Origin: Blastocladiella emersonii ATCC 22665
Taxonomy: Eukaryota; Fungi; Blastocladiomycota
Reading direction: 5' to 3'
DNA length: 64,000 nt
Assembly (NCBI GenBank): GCA_025594325.1
Contig: JANHCV010000017.1
Location: 372,001 to 436,000 of the forward strand
The notes beneath the pieces are model-generated. The model was not told the origin of the DNA and searched no databases. It saw only the letters and a program-made list of their open reading frames with translations. The position numbers and the translations under genes are program-made. Of this stretch, positions 8,834 to 23,052 are shown one piece after another; within the stretch, counting starts at the first letter, position 1; each line of letters starts with the position of its first letter.

Positions 8834-11801
8834 CAAAGTCCACGGTCCAATCAACGAGGTAAACAGCGAACTTGTCAAACTGCCAACCTGCCAACCAAAC
8901 ACCCACGCCGCTTCTCAAGCCACGGTGGGCCCGCGCATTTGCGTTGCCGTCCCAGCCAACGAAGGAATGACTGATGAGCCCTGGTAGCCTGCTAGACTGA
9001 CAGCCTGACAGCGCCCGCTCAGTTGCTATTATCTATCTCGTAGGTAGTCTGGGAGGAGTTCGTTAGTCGATACGCGACCAGTCTCCTCCTGGCTGCCCGC
9101 TCTGCTGCCATCTCCAAGGCCCGCATGAAGATGGGCCAGGGAGGTTTACGAGCATTTCCTATCTCTCCTCTCTCCGTGTGAAACCATTCACCCGCGGACG
9201 GATGCGCACCACGCACCGTGCACCGCGCACCGCGCACCGCGCACCGCGCACCGTGCACCGCGCACCGCGCACCGCGCACCGCGCACCGCGCACCGCGCAC
9301 AGCGCACCGCGGACAGCGCCCGATGCACCACACGCTGCGCACACGGCGCCAACGGCCACGCTGGTGTCACGCACACACACTCGCATGAACGGCAAGCAGG
9401 CAAGGCTTCCTCAACTCAACCATGATCCATCGTCCATGTCTGCTCGCTCCAACGGGTGCGCCTGCCTACCCTCCCAGTGCCATCGATTGATTGATTCATG
9501 TCCAGTGCTGCCCATGCTTTCATGGCCGCGGGGTCCGTCAGAACGCCTTGCAATGCGTGCGCCTGCATGCACCTGCACTGCAGAGCGCTGCAGAGGGCTG
9601 CACAGCGCTGCGGAGGGCTGCAGAGGGCTAAGGCGGCAGGGCTTCTCCTCCTGCAGGGGACAGTACCAAGGCCAAGGAGTGCTAGTGACTACTAACGGAA
9701 TGGTGATTGGCCCCCTTCACACGCTCCTGGCAGGACTGCGTGTGGGCGTGCGGGCGTTTGTGCGTGCGTGCCTTGATTCGTCCACCATCATACGCGCAAA
9801 GTGACCAAGTGACCAAGTGACCAAGTGACCAAGTGACCAAGTGACCAAGGTGACCAAGGTGACCAAGGTGACCAAGGTGACCAAGGTGACCAAGTGACAC
9901 ACAAGCACCAAGCTAGGGTGGCCGGGCGGCCATGGAACGTACTGCATGGGAACCATTACCGTGGACTGGCCGCGGCCATTTATCGCAGCACAGCCCTGCC
10001 TGGCTCAGGACGCGGCGGGCGTGGGAGGCAGGCAGGGTAGATCGGTAGCAGCAGCAGGACCTGGCTAGCTGGCTGTCAAACAACACAAGTGAAGGGGTGC
10101 GTGAGGGAGGGTGTGTTGAATGAATGGATGGGTGGATGCAGGCAGAGAGAGACCTTCGTACGTGTCGTGGGTGATGAGGATTGGTTGGCCACCATCCACC
10201 AACGCCATGGCATGGCTGCGGGTGTCGCTGCGTGCGCCTTGGCGGGTGGTGTTGGTGGGTGGGTGGTCTTGGTGGGTGCTGTGGTGGTAGTGGAGCTAGA
10301 GTGGTGCCGTGGGGCTCTTGGGGTCCCCTTTCCTTCCTGTCTGGCCTAGGTGGGTCGGCGGACGCAGCGCGCATGCGGGCAAGGTAACAACATTGCTCAC
10401 GCAATGGATCATGTATTTTATGGCAAGTAGTCTGCGAAGCAGAGACGGGGATGTCCGGCCCAATCGGACCCTCCACGGATCACAATATGCACGCAATGAA
10501 TTGACTGATGATAGGGATGTACCAAACCAGCAACGTAGACAATTGTCGTGGTTGTCGAACAAAACCATATTCAAATCTTTGGCAACGCGCCTGTCCAGCT
10601 AGCCAGGGACCCATGAATCACAGTATCGACCCAACAAGATATTAGACCATGGTAATATAGTAAACCAACCTCGTACATAATTGTCATGGTACTCAAACAA
10701 AACCATATTCAAGTCTTTGCTTTCCCGCATATCCAGCTGGCCAGGGACCCATAAATCACAGTATCGAACGAACAAGATATCTTACCATGGAAATATAGTT
10801 AACCAGCCACGCGGACAATTGTCATGGTACTCAATCGAGACCACATTCAAGTCTTTGCTCTCCCGCATGTCAAGCTGGTTGAAGGCCCATTAATCACAGT
10901 ATCGACCCAACAAGATATTTGACCATGGAAACATAGTAAACCAGCCACGCGGATAATTGTCATGGTACTCAATCAAAACCATATTCATATTTTTGCTTCC
11001 CCGCATGTCAAGCTGGTTGAAGACCCATTAATCACAGTATCGAACCAACAAAATATCTGACCATGGAAATATAGTCAACCAGCCACGCGGACAATTGTCA
11101 TGGTACTCAATCGAAACCACATTCAAGTCTTTGCTCTCCCGCATGTCAAGCTGGTTGAAGGCCCATAAATCACAGTATCGACCCAACAAGATATTTGACC
11201 ATGGAAATATAGTAAACCAGCCACGCGGATAATTGTCATGGTACTCAATCAAAACCATATTCAAGTCTTTGCTTTCCCGCACGTCCAGCTGGTTGAAGGC
11301 CCATAAATCACAGTATCGACCCAACAAAGTATCTGACAACCGAAATATAGCAGACAATCCACGCAGACAATTGTCATGCCACCTAATCAAAACCATATTC
11401 AAGTCTTTGCTTTCCCACATGTCAAGCTGGTTGAAGGCCCATAAATCACAGTATCGAACCAACGAAATATCTGACCATGGAAATATAGTAAAGCAGCCAC
11501 GCAGATAATTGTCATGGTACTTAATCAAAACCATATTCATATTTTTGCTTCCCCGCATGTCAAGCTGGTTGAAGGCCCATAAATCACAGTATCGAACGAA
11601 CAAGATATCTTACCATGGAAATATAGTTAACCAGCCACGCAAATGATTGTCATGCCACTTAATCAAAACCATACTCAAATGGTCGATTACCCTCACGTCC
11701 AAGCGGCCAAGGACCCAAACCGCCAGATACCCAAATCTACGACCACGTTGCGCACACTCCACTAGCCAACTCTTCGATCCCCTAATTATGGAGCCCGTCG
11801 T
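8834..11801. repeat. Unit U4 (2968 bp)
   Basis: 7-mer x18; 1692-equivalent=A (10532); 2236-equivalent=C. Confidence 0.97.
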
Positions 11802-14493
11802 CAAAGTCCACGGTCCAATCAACGAGGTAAACAGCGAACTTGTCAAACTGCCAACCTGCCAACCAAACACCCACGCCGCTTCTCAAGCCACGGTGGGCCC
11901 GCGCATTTGCGTTGCCGTCCCAGCCAACGAAGGAATGACTGATGAGCCCTGGTAGCCTGCTAGACTGACAGCCTGACAGCGCCCGCTCAGTTGCTATTAT
12001 CTATCTCGTAGGTAGTCTGGGAGGAGTTCGTTAGTCGATACGCGACCAGTCTCCTCCTGGCTGCCCGCTCTGCTGCCATCTCCAAGGCCCGCATGAAGAT
12101 GGGCCAGGGAGGTTTACGAGCATTTCCTATCTCTCCTCTCTCCGTGTGAAACCATTCACCCGCGGACGGATGCGCACCACGCACCGTGCACCGCGCACCG
12201 CGCACCGCGCACCGCGCACCGTGCACCGCGCACCGCGCACCGCGCACCGCGCACCGCGCACCGCGCACAGCGCACCGCGGACAGCGCCCGATGCACCACA
12301 CGCTGCGCACACGGCGCCAACGGCCACGCTGGTGTCACGCACACACACTCGCATGAACGGCAAGCAGGCAAGGCTTCCTCAACTCAACCATGATCCATCG
12401 TCCATGTCTGCTCGCTCCAACGGGTGCGCCTGCCTACCCTCCCAGTGCCATCGATTGATTGATTCATGTCCAGTGCTGCCCATGCTTTCATGGCCGCGGG
12501 GTCCGTCAGAACGCCTTGCAATGCGTGCGCCTGCATGCACCTGCACTGCAGAGCGCTGCAGAGGGCTGCACAGCGCTGCGGAGGGCTGCAGAGGGCTAAG
12601 GCGGCAGGGCTTCTCCTCCTGCAGGGGACAGTACCAAGGCCAAGGAGTGCTAGTGACTACTAACGGAATGGTGATTGGCCCCCTTCACACGCTCCTGGCA
12701 GGACTGCGTGTGGGCGTGCGGGCGTTTGTGCGTGCGTGCCTTGATTCGTCCACCATCATACGCGCAAAGTGACCAAGTGACCAAGTGACCAAGTGACCAA
12801 GTGACCAAGTGACCAAGGTGACCAAGGTGACCAAGGTGACCAAGGTGACCAAGGTGACCAAGTGACACACAAGCACCAAGCTAGGGTGGCCGGGCGGCCA
12901 TGGAACGTACTGCATGGGAACCATTACCGTGGACTGGCCGCGGCCATTTATCGCAGCACAGCCCTGCCTGGCTCAGGACGCGGCGGGCGTGGGAGGCAGG
13001 CAGGGTAGATCGGTAGCAGCAGCAGGACCTGGCTAGCTGGCTGTCAAACAACACAAGTGAAGGGGTGCGTGAGGGAGGGTGTGTTGAATGAATGGATGGG
13101 TGGATGCAGGCAGAGAGAGACCTTCGTACGTGTCGTGGGTGATGAGGATTGGTTGGCCACCATCCACCAACGCCATGGCATGGCTGCGGGTGTCGCTGCG
13201 TGCGCCTTGGCGGGTGGTGTTGGTGGGTGGGTGGTCTTGGTGGGTGCTGTGGTGGTAGTGGAGCTAGAGTGGTGCCGTGGGGCTCTTGGGGTCCCCTTTC
13301 CTTCCTGTCTGGCCTAGGTGGGTCGGCGGACGCAGCGCGCATGCGGGCAAGGTAACAACATTGCTCACGCAATGGATCATGTATTTTATGGCAAGTAGTC
13401 TGCGAAGCAGAGACGGGGATGTCCGGCCCAATCGGACCCTCCACGGATCACAATATGCACGCAATGAATTGACTGATGATAGGGATGTACCAAACCAGCC
13501 ACGTAGACAATTGTCGTGGTTGTCGAACAAAACCATATTCAAATCTTTGGCAACGCGCCTGTCCAGCTAGCCAGGGACCCATGAATCACAGTATCGACCC
13601 AACAAGATATTTGACCATGGAAACATAGTAAACCAGCCACGCGGATAATTGTCATGGTACTCAATCAAAACCATATTCATATTTTTGCTTCCCCGCATGT
13701 CAAGCTGGTTGAAGACCCATTAATCACAGTATCGAACCAACAAAATATCTGACCATGGAAATATAGTCAACCAGCCACGCGGACAATTGTCATGGTACTC
13801 AATCGAAACCACATTCAAGTCTTTGCTCTCCCGCATGTCAAGCTGGTTGAAGGCCCATAAATCACAGTATCGACCCAACAAGATATTTGACCATGGAAAT
13901 ATAGTAAACCAGCCACGCGGATAATTGTCATGGTACTCAATCAAAACCATATTCAAGTCTTTGCTTTCCCGCACGTCCAGCTGGTTGAAGGCCCATAAAT
14001 CACAGTATCGACCCAACAAAGTATCTGACAACCGAAATATAGCAGACAATCCACGCAGACAATTGTCATGCCACCTAATCAAAACCATATTCAAGTCTTT
14101 GCTTTCCCACATGTCAAGCTGGTTGAAGGCCCATAAATCACAGTATCGAACCAACGAAATATCTGACCATGGAAATATAGTAAAGCAGCCACGCAGATAA
14201 TTGTCATGGTACTTAATCAAAACCATATTCATATTTTTGCTTCCCCGCATGTCAAGCTGGTTGAAGGCCCATAAATCACAGTATCGAACGAACAAGATAT
14301 CTTACCATGGAAATATAGTTAACCAGCCACGCAAATGATTGTCATGCCACTTAATCAAAACCATACTCAAATGGTCGATTACCCTCACGTCCAAGCGGCC
14401 AAGGACCCAAACCGCCAGATACCCAAATCTACGACCACGTTGCGCACACTCCACTAGCCAACTCTTCGATCCCCTAATTATGGAGCCCGTCGT
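11802..14493. repeat. Unit U5 (2692 bp, 276-bp deletion)
   Basis: 7-mer x18; seven 138-bp monomers; 2236-equivalent=C. Confidence 0.97.
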
Positions 14494-17162
14494 CAAAGTC
14501 CACGGTCCAATCAACGAGGTAAACAGCGAACTTGTCAAACTGCCAACCTGCCAACCAAACACCCACGCCGCTTCTCAAGCCACGGTGGGCCCGCGCATTT
14601 GCGTTGCCGTCCCAGCCAACGAAGGAATGACTGATGAGCCCTGGTAGCCTGCTAGACTGACAGCCTGACAGCGCCCGCTCAGTTGCTATTATCTATCTCG
14701 TAGGTAGTCTGGGAGGAGTTCGTTAGTCGATACGCGACCAGTCTCCTCCTGGCTGCCCGCTCTGCTGCCATCTCCAAGGCCCGCATGAAGATGGGCCAGG
14801 GAGGTTTACGAGCATTTCCTATCTCTCCTCTCTCCGTGTGAAACCATTCACCCGCGGACGGATGCGCACCACGCACCGTGCACCGCGCACCGCGCACCGC
14901 GCACCGCGCACCGTGCACCGCGCACCGCGCACCGCGCACAGCGCACCGCGGACAGCGCACCGCGGACAGCGCCCGATGCACCACACGCTGCGCACACGGC
15001 GCCAACGGCCACGCTGGTGTCACGCACACACACTCGCATGAACGGCAAGCAGGCAAGGCTTCCTCAACTCAACCATGATCCATCGTCCATGTCTGCTCGC
15101 TCCAACGGGTGCGCCTGCCTACCCTCCCAGTGCCATCGATTGATTGATTCATGTCCAGTGCTGCCCATGCTTTCATGGCCGCGGGGTCCGTCAGAACGCC
15201 TTGCAATGCGTGCGCCTGCATGCACCTGCACTGCAGAGCGCTGCAGAGGGCTGCACAGCGCTGCGGAGGGCTGCAGAGGGCTAAGGCGGCAGGGCTTCTC
15301 CTCCTGCAGGGGACAGTACCAAGGCCAAGGAGTGCTAGTGACTACTAACGGAATGGTGATTGGCCCCCTTCACACGCTCCTGGCAGGACTGCGTGTGGGC
15401 GTGCGGGCGTTTGTGCGTGCGTGCCTTGATTCGTCCACCATCATACGCGCAAAGTGACCAAGTGACCAAGTGACCAAGTGACCAAGGTGACCAAGGTGAC
15501 CAAGGTGACCAAGGTGACCAAGGTGACCAAGTGACACACAAGCACCAAGCTAGGGTGGCCGGGCGGCCATGGAACGTACTGCATGGGAACCATTACCGTG
15601 GACTGGCCGCGGCCATTTATCGCAGCACAGCCCTGCCTGGCTCAGGACGCGGCGGGCGTGGGAGGCAGGCAGGGTAGATCGGTAGCAGCAGCAGGACCTG
15701 GCTAGCTGGCTGTCAAACAACACAAGTGAAGGGGTGCGTGAGGGAGGGTGTGTTGAATGAATGGATGGGTGGATGCAGGCAGAGAGAGACCTTCGTACGT
15801 GTCGTGGGTGATGAGGATTGGTTGGCCACCATCCACCAACGCCATGGCATGGCTGCGGGTGTCGCTGCGTGCGCCTTGGCGGGTGGTGTTGGTGGGTGGG
15901 TGGTCTTGGTGGGTGCTGTGGTGGTAGTGGAGCTAGAGTGGTGCCGTGGGGCTCTTGGGGTCCCCTTTCCTTCCTGTCTGGCCTAGGTGGGTCGGCGGAC
16001 GCAGCGCGCATGCGGGCAAGGTAACAACATTGCTCACGCAATGGATCATGTATTTTATGGCAAGTAGTCTGCGAAGCAGAGACGGGGATGTCCGGCCCAA
16101 TCGGACCCTCCACGGATCACAATATGCACGCAATGAATTGACTGATGATAGGGATGTACCAAACCAGCCACGTAGACAATTGTCGTGGTTGTCGAACAAA
16201 ACCATATTCAAATCTTTGGCAACGCGCCTGTCCAGCTAGCCAGGGACCCATGAATCACAGTATCGACCCAACAAGATATTTGACCATGGAAACATAGTAA
16301 ACCAGCCACGCGGATAATTGTCATGGTACTCAATCAAAACCATATTCATATTTTTGCTTCCCCGCATGTCAAGCTGGTTGAAGACCCATTAATCACAGTA
16401 TCGAACCAACAAAATATCTGACCATGGAAATATAGTCAACCAGCCACGCGGACAATTGTCATGGTACTCAATCGAAACCACATTCAAGTCTTTGCTCTCC
16501 CGCATGTCAAGCTGGTTGAAGGCCCATAAATCACAGTATCGACCCAACAAGATATTTGACCATGGAAATATAGTAAACCAGCCACGCGGATAATTGTCAT
16601 GGTACTCAATCAAAACCATATTCAAGTCTTTGCTTTCCCGCACGTCCAGCTGGTTGAAGGCCCATAAATCACAGTATCGACCCAACAAAGTATCTGACAA
16701 CCGAAATATAGCAGACAATCCACGCAGACAATTGTCATGCCACCTAATCAAAACCATATTCAAGTCTTTGCTTTCCCACATGTCAAGCTGGTTGAAGGCC
16801 CATAAATCACAGTATCGAACCAACGAAATATCTGACCATGGAAATATAGTAAAGCAGCCACGCAGATAATTGTCATGGTACTTAATCAAAACCATATTCA
16901 TATTTTTGCTTCCCCGCATGTCAAGCTGGTTGAAGGCCCATAAATCACAGTATCGAACGAACAAGATATCTTACCATGGAAATATAGTTAACCAGCCACG
17001 CAAATGATTGTCATGCCACTTAATCAAAACCATACTCAAATGGTCGATTACCCTCACGTCCAAGCGGCCAAGGACCCAAACCGCCAGATACCCAAATCTA
17101 CGACCACGTTGCGCACACTCCACTAGCCAACTCTTCGATCCCCTAATTATGGAGCCCGTCGT
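14494..17162. repeat. Unit U6 (2669 bp, 276-bp deletion)
   Basis: 7-mer x17, 8-mer x3, seven 138-bp monomers; 2236-equivalent=C. Confidence 0.97.
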
Positions 17163-20107
17163 CAAAGTCCACGGTCCAATCAACGAGGTAAACAGCGAAC
17201 TTGTCAAACTGCCAACCTGCCAACCAAACACCCACGCCGCTTCTCAAGCCACGGTGGGCCCGCGCATTTGCGTTGCCGTCCCAGCCAACGAAGGAATGAC
17301 TGATGAGCCCTGGTAGCCTGCTAGACTGACAGCCTGACAGCGCCCGCTCAGTTGCTATTATCTATCTCGTAGGTAGTCTGGGAGGAGTTCGTTAGTCGAT
17401 ACGCGACCAGTCTCCTCCTGGCTGCCCGCTCTGCTGCCATCTCCAAGGCCCGCATGAAGATGGGCCAGGGAGGTTTACGAGCATTTCCTATCTCTCCTCT
17501 CTCCGTGTGAAACCATTCACCCGCGGACGGATGCGCACCACGCACCGTGCACCGCGCACCGCGCACCGCGCACCGCGCACCGTGCACCGCGCACCGCGCA
17601 CCGCGCACAGCGCACCGCGGACAGCGCACCGCGGACAGCGCCCGATGCACCACACGCTGCGCACACGGCGCCAACGGCCACGCTGGTGTCACGCACACAC
17701 ACTCGCATGAACGGCAAGCAGGCAAGGCTTCCTCAACTCAACCATGATCCATCGTCCATGTCTGCTCGCTCCAACGGGTGCGCCTGCCTACCCTCCCAGT
17801 GCCATCGATTGATTGATTCATGTCCAGTGCTGCCCATGCTTTCATGGCCGCGGGGTCCGTCAGAACGCCTTGCAATGCGTGCGCCTGCATGCACCTGCAC
17901 TGCAGAGCGCTGCAGAGGGCTGCACAGCGCTGCGGAGGGCTGCAGAGGGCTAAGGCGGCAGGGCTTCTCCTCCTGCAGGGGACAGTACCAAGGCCAAGGA
18001 GTGCTAGTGACTACTAACGGAATGGTGATTGGCCCCCTTCACACGCTCCTGGCAGGACTGCGTGTGGGCGTGCGGGCGTTTGTGCGTGCGTGCCTTGATT
18101 CGTCCACCATCATACGCGCAAAGTGACCAAGTGACCAAGTGACCAAGTGACCAAGGTGACCAAGGTGACCAAGGTGACCAAGGTGACCAAGGTGACCAAG
18201 TGACACACAAGCACCAAGCTAGGGTGGCCGGGCGGCCATGGAACGTACTGCATGGGAACCATTACCGTGGACTGGCCGCGGCCATTTATCGCAGCACAGC
18301 CCTGCCTGGCTCAGGACGCGGCGGGCGTGGGAGGCAGGCAGGGTAGATCGGTAGCAGCAGCAGGACCTGGCTAGCTGGCTGTCAAACAACACAAGTGAAG
18401 GGGTGCGTGAGGGAGGGTGTGTTGAATGAATGGATGGGTGGATGCAGGCAGAGAGAGACCTTCGTACGTGTCGTGGGTGATGAGGATTGGTTGGCCACCA
18501 TCCACCAACGCCATGGCATGGCTGCGGGTGTCGCTGCGTGCGCCTTGGCGGGTGGTGTTGGTGGGTGGGTGGTCTTGGTGGGTGCTGTGGTGGTAGTGGA
18601 GCTAGAGTGGTGCCGTGGGGCTCTTGGGGTCCCCTTTCCTTCCTGTCTGGCCTAGGTGGGTCGGCGGACGCAGCGCGCATGCGGGCAAGGTAACAACATT
18701 GCTCACGCAATGGATCATGTATTTTATGGCAAGTAGTCTGCGAAGCAGAGACGGGGATGTCCGGCCCAATCGGACCCTCCACGGATCACAATATGCACGC
18801 AATGAATTGACTGATGATAGGGATGTACCAAACCAGCCACGTAGACAATTGTCGTGGTTGTCGAACAAAACCATATTCAAATCTTTGGCAACGCGCCTGT
18901 CCAGCTAGCCAGGGACCCATGAATCACAGTATCGACCCAACAAGATATTAGACCATGGTAATATAGTAAACCAACCTCGTACATAATTGTCATGGTACTC
19001 AAACAAAACCATATTCAAGTCTTTGCTTTCCCGCATATCCAGCTGGCCAGGGACCCATAAATCACAGTATCGAACGAACAAGATATCTTACCATGGAAAT
19101 ATAGTTAACCAGCCACGCGGACAATTGTCATGGTACTCAATCGAGACCACATTCAAGTCTTTGCTCTCCCGCATGTCAAGCTGGTTGAAGGCCCATTAAT
19201 CACAGTATCGACCCAACAAGATATTTGACCATGGAAACATAGTAAACCAGCCACGCGGATAATTGTCATGGTACTCAATCAAAACCATATTCATATTTTT
19301 GCTTCCCCGCATGTCAAGCTGGTTGAAGACCCATTAATCACAGTATCGAACCAACAAAATATCTGACCATGGAAATATAGTCAACCAGCCACGCGGACAA
19401 TTGTCATGGTACTCAATCGAAACCACATTCAAGTCTTTGCTCTCCCGCATGTCAAGCTGGTTGAAGGCCCATAAATCACAGTATCGACCCAACAAGATAT
19501 TTGACCATGGAAATATAGTAAACCAGCCACGCGGATAATTGTCATGGTACTCAATCAAAACCATATTCAAGTCTTTGCTTTCCCGCACGTCCAGCTGGTT
19601 GAAGGCCCATAAATCACAGTATCGACCCAACAAAGTATCTGACAACCGAAATATAGCAGACAATCCACGCAGACAATTGTCATGCCACCTAATCAAAACC
19701 ATATTCAAGTCTTTGCTTTCCCACATGTCAAGCTGGTTGAAGGCCCATAAATCACAGTATCGAACCAACGAAATATCTGACCATGGAAATATAGTAAAGC
19801 AGCCACGCAGATAATTGTCATGGTACTTAATCAAAACCATATTCATATTTTTGCTTCCCCGCATGTCAAGCTGGTTGAAGGCCCATAAATCACAGTATCG
19901 AACGAACAAGATATCTTACCATGGAAATATAGTTAACCAGCCACGCAAATGATTGTCATGCCACTTAATCAAAACCATACTCAAATGGTCGATTACCCTC
20001 ACGTCCAAGCGGCCAAGGACCCAAACCGCCAGATACCCAAATCTACGACCACGTTGCGCACACTCCACTAGCCAACTCTTCGATCCCCTAATTATGGAGC
20101 CCGTCGT
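17163..20107. repeat. Unit U7 (2945 bp)
   Basis: 7-mer x17, 8-mer x3; 2236-equivalent=C. Confidence 0.97.
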
Positions 20108-23052
20108 CAAAGTCCACGGTCCAATCAACGAGGTAAACAGCGAACTTGTCAAACTGCCAACCTGCCAACCAAACACCCACGCCGCTTCTCAAGCCACGGT
20201 GGGCCCGCGCATTTGCGTTGCCGTCCCAGCCAACGAAGGAATGACTGATGAGCCCTGGTAGCCTGCTAGACTGACAGCCTGACAGCGCCCGCTCAGTTGC
20301 TATTATCTATCTCGTAGGTAGTCTGGGAGGAGTTCGTTAGTCGATACGCGACCAGTCTCCTCCTGGCTGCCCGCTCTGCTGCCATCTCCAAGGCCCGCAT
20401 GAAGATGGGCCAGGGAGGTTTACGAGCATTTCCTATCTCTCCTCTCTCCGTGTGAAACCATTCACCCGCGGACGGATGCGCACCACGCACCGTGCACCGC
20501 GCACCGCGCACCGCGCACCGCGCACCGTGCACCGCGCACCGCGCACCGCGCACAGCGCACCGCGGACAGCGCACCGCGGACAGCGCCCGATGCACCACAC
20601 GCTGCGCACACGGCGCCAACGGCCACGCTGGTGTCACGCACACACACTCGCATGAACGGCAAGCAGGCAAGGCTTCCTCAACTCAACCATGATCCATCGT
20701 CCATGTCTGCTCGCTCCAACGGGTGCGCCTGCCTACCCTCCCAGTGCCATCGATTGATTGATTCATGTCCAGTGCTGCCCATGCTTTCATGGCCGCGGGG
20801 TCCGTCAGAACGCCTTGCAATGCGTGCGCCTGCATGCACCTGCACTGCAGAGCGCTGCAGAGGGCTGCACAGCGCTGCGGAGGGCTGCAGAGGGCTAAGG
20901 CGGCAGGGCTTCTCCTCCTGCAGGGGACAGTACCAAGGCCAAGGAGTGCTAGTGACTACTAACGGAATGGTGATTGGCCCCCTTCACACGCTCCTGGCAG
21001 GACTGCGTGTGGGCGTGCGGGCGTTTGTGCGTGCGTGCCTTGATTCGTCCACCATCATACGCGCAAAGTGACCAAGTGACCAAGTGACCAAGTGACCAAG
21101 GTGACCAAGGTGACCAAGGTGACCAAGGTGACCAAGGTGACCAAGTGACACACAAGCACCAAGCTAGGGTGGCCGGGCGGCCATGGAACGTACTGCATGG
21201 GAACCATTACCGTGGACTGGCCGCGGCCATTTATCGCAGCACAGCCCTGCCTGGCTCAGGACGCGGCGGGCGTGGGAGGCAGGCAGGGTAGATCGGTAGC
21301 AGCAGCAGGACCTGGCTAGCTGGCTGTCAAACAACACAAGTGAAGGGGTGCGTGAGGGAGGGTGTGTTGAATGAATGGATGGGTGGATGCAGGCAGAGAG
21401 AGACCTTCGTACGTGTCGTGGGTGATGAGGATTGGTTGGCCACCATCCACCAACGCCATGGCATGGCTGCGGGTGTCGCTGCGTGCGCCTTGGCGGGTGG
21501 TGTTGGTGGGTGGGTGGTCTTGGTGGGTGCTGTGGTGGTAGTGGAGCTAGAGTGGTGCCGTGGGGCTCTTGGGGTCCCCTTTCCTTCCTGTCTGGCCTAG
21601 GTGGGTCGGCGGACGCAGCGCGCATGCGGGCAAGGTAACAACATTGCTCACGCAATGGATCATGTATTTTATGGCAAGTAGTCTGCGAAGCAGAGACGGG
21701 GATGTCCGGCCCAATCGGACCCTCCACGGATCACAATATGCACGCAATGAATTGACTGATGATAGGGATGTACCAAACCAGCCACGTAGACAATTGTCGT
21801 GGTTGTCGAACAAAACCATATTCAAATCTTTGGCAACGCGCCTGTCCAGCTAGCCAGGGACCCATGAATCACAGTATCGACCCAACAAGATATTAGACCA
21901 TGGTAATATAGTAAACCAACCTCGTACATAATTGTCATGGTACTCAAACAAAACCATATTCAAGTCTTTGCTTTCCCGCATATCCAGCTGGCCAGGGACC
22001 CATAAATCACAGTATCGAACGAACAAGATATCTTACCATGGAAATATAGTTAACCAGCCACGCGGACAATTGTCATGGTACTCAATCGAGACCACATTCA
22101 AGTCTTTGCTCTCCCGCATGTCAAGCTGGTTGAAGGCCCATTAATCACAGTATCGACCCAACAAGATATTTGACCATGGAAACATAGTAAACCAGCCACG
22201 CGGATAATTGTCATGGTACTCAATCAAAACCATATTCATATTTTTGCTTCCCCGCATGTCAAGCTGGTTGAAGACCCATTAATCACAGTATCGAACCAAC
22301 AAAATATCTGACCATGGAAATATAGTCAACCAGCCACGCGGACAATTGTCATGGTACTCAATCGAAACCACATTCAAGTCTTTGCTCTCCCGCATGTCAA
22401 GCTGGTTGAAGGCCCATAAATCACAGTATCGACCCAACAAGATATTTGACCATGGAAATATAGTAAACCAGCCACGCGGATAATTGTCATGGTACTCAAT
22501 CAAAACCATATTCAAGTCTTTGCTTTCCCGCACGTCCAGCTGGTTGAAGGCCCATAAATCACAGTATCGACCCAACAAAGTATCTGACAACCGAAATATA
22601 GCAGACAATCCACGCAGACAATTGTCATGCCACCTAATCAAAACCATATTCAAGTCTTTGCTTTCCCACATGTCAAGCTGGTTGAAGGCCCATAAATCAC
22701 AGTATCGAACCAACGAAATATCTGACCATGGAAATATAGTAAAGCAGCCACGCAGATAATTGTCATGGTACTTAATCAAAACCATATTCATATTTTTGCT
22801 TCCCCGCATGTCAAGCTGGTTGAAGGCCCATAAATCACAGTATCGAACGAACAAGATATCTTACCATGGAAATATAGTTAACCAGCCACGCAAATGATTG
22901 TCATGCCACTTAATCAAAACCATACTCAAATGGTCGATTACCCTCACGTCCAAGCGGCCAAGGACCCAAACCGCCAGATACCCAAATCTACGACCACGTT
23001 GCGCACACTCCACTAGCCAACTCTTCGATCCCCTAATTATGGAGCCCGTCGT
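20108..23052. repeat. Unit U8 (2945 bp)
   Basis: Same type as U7. Confidence 0.97.
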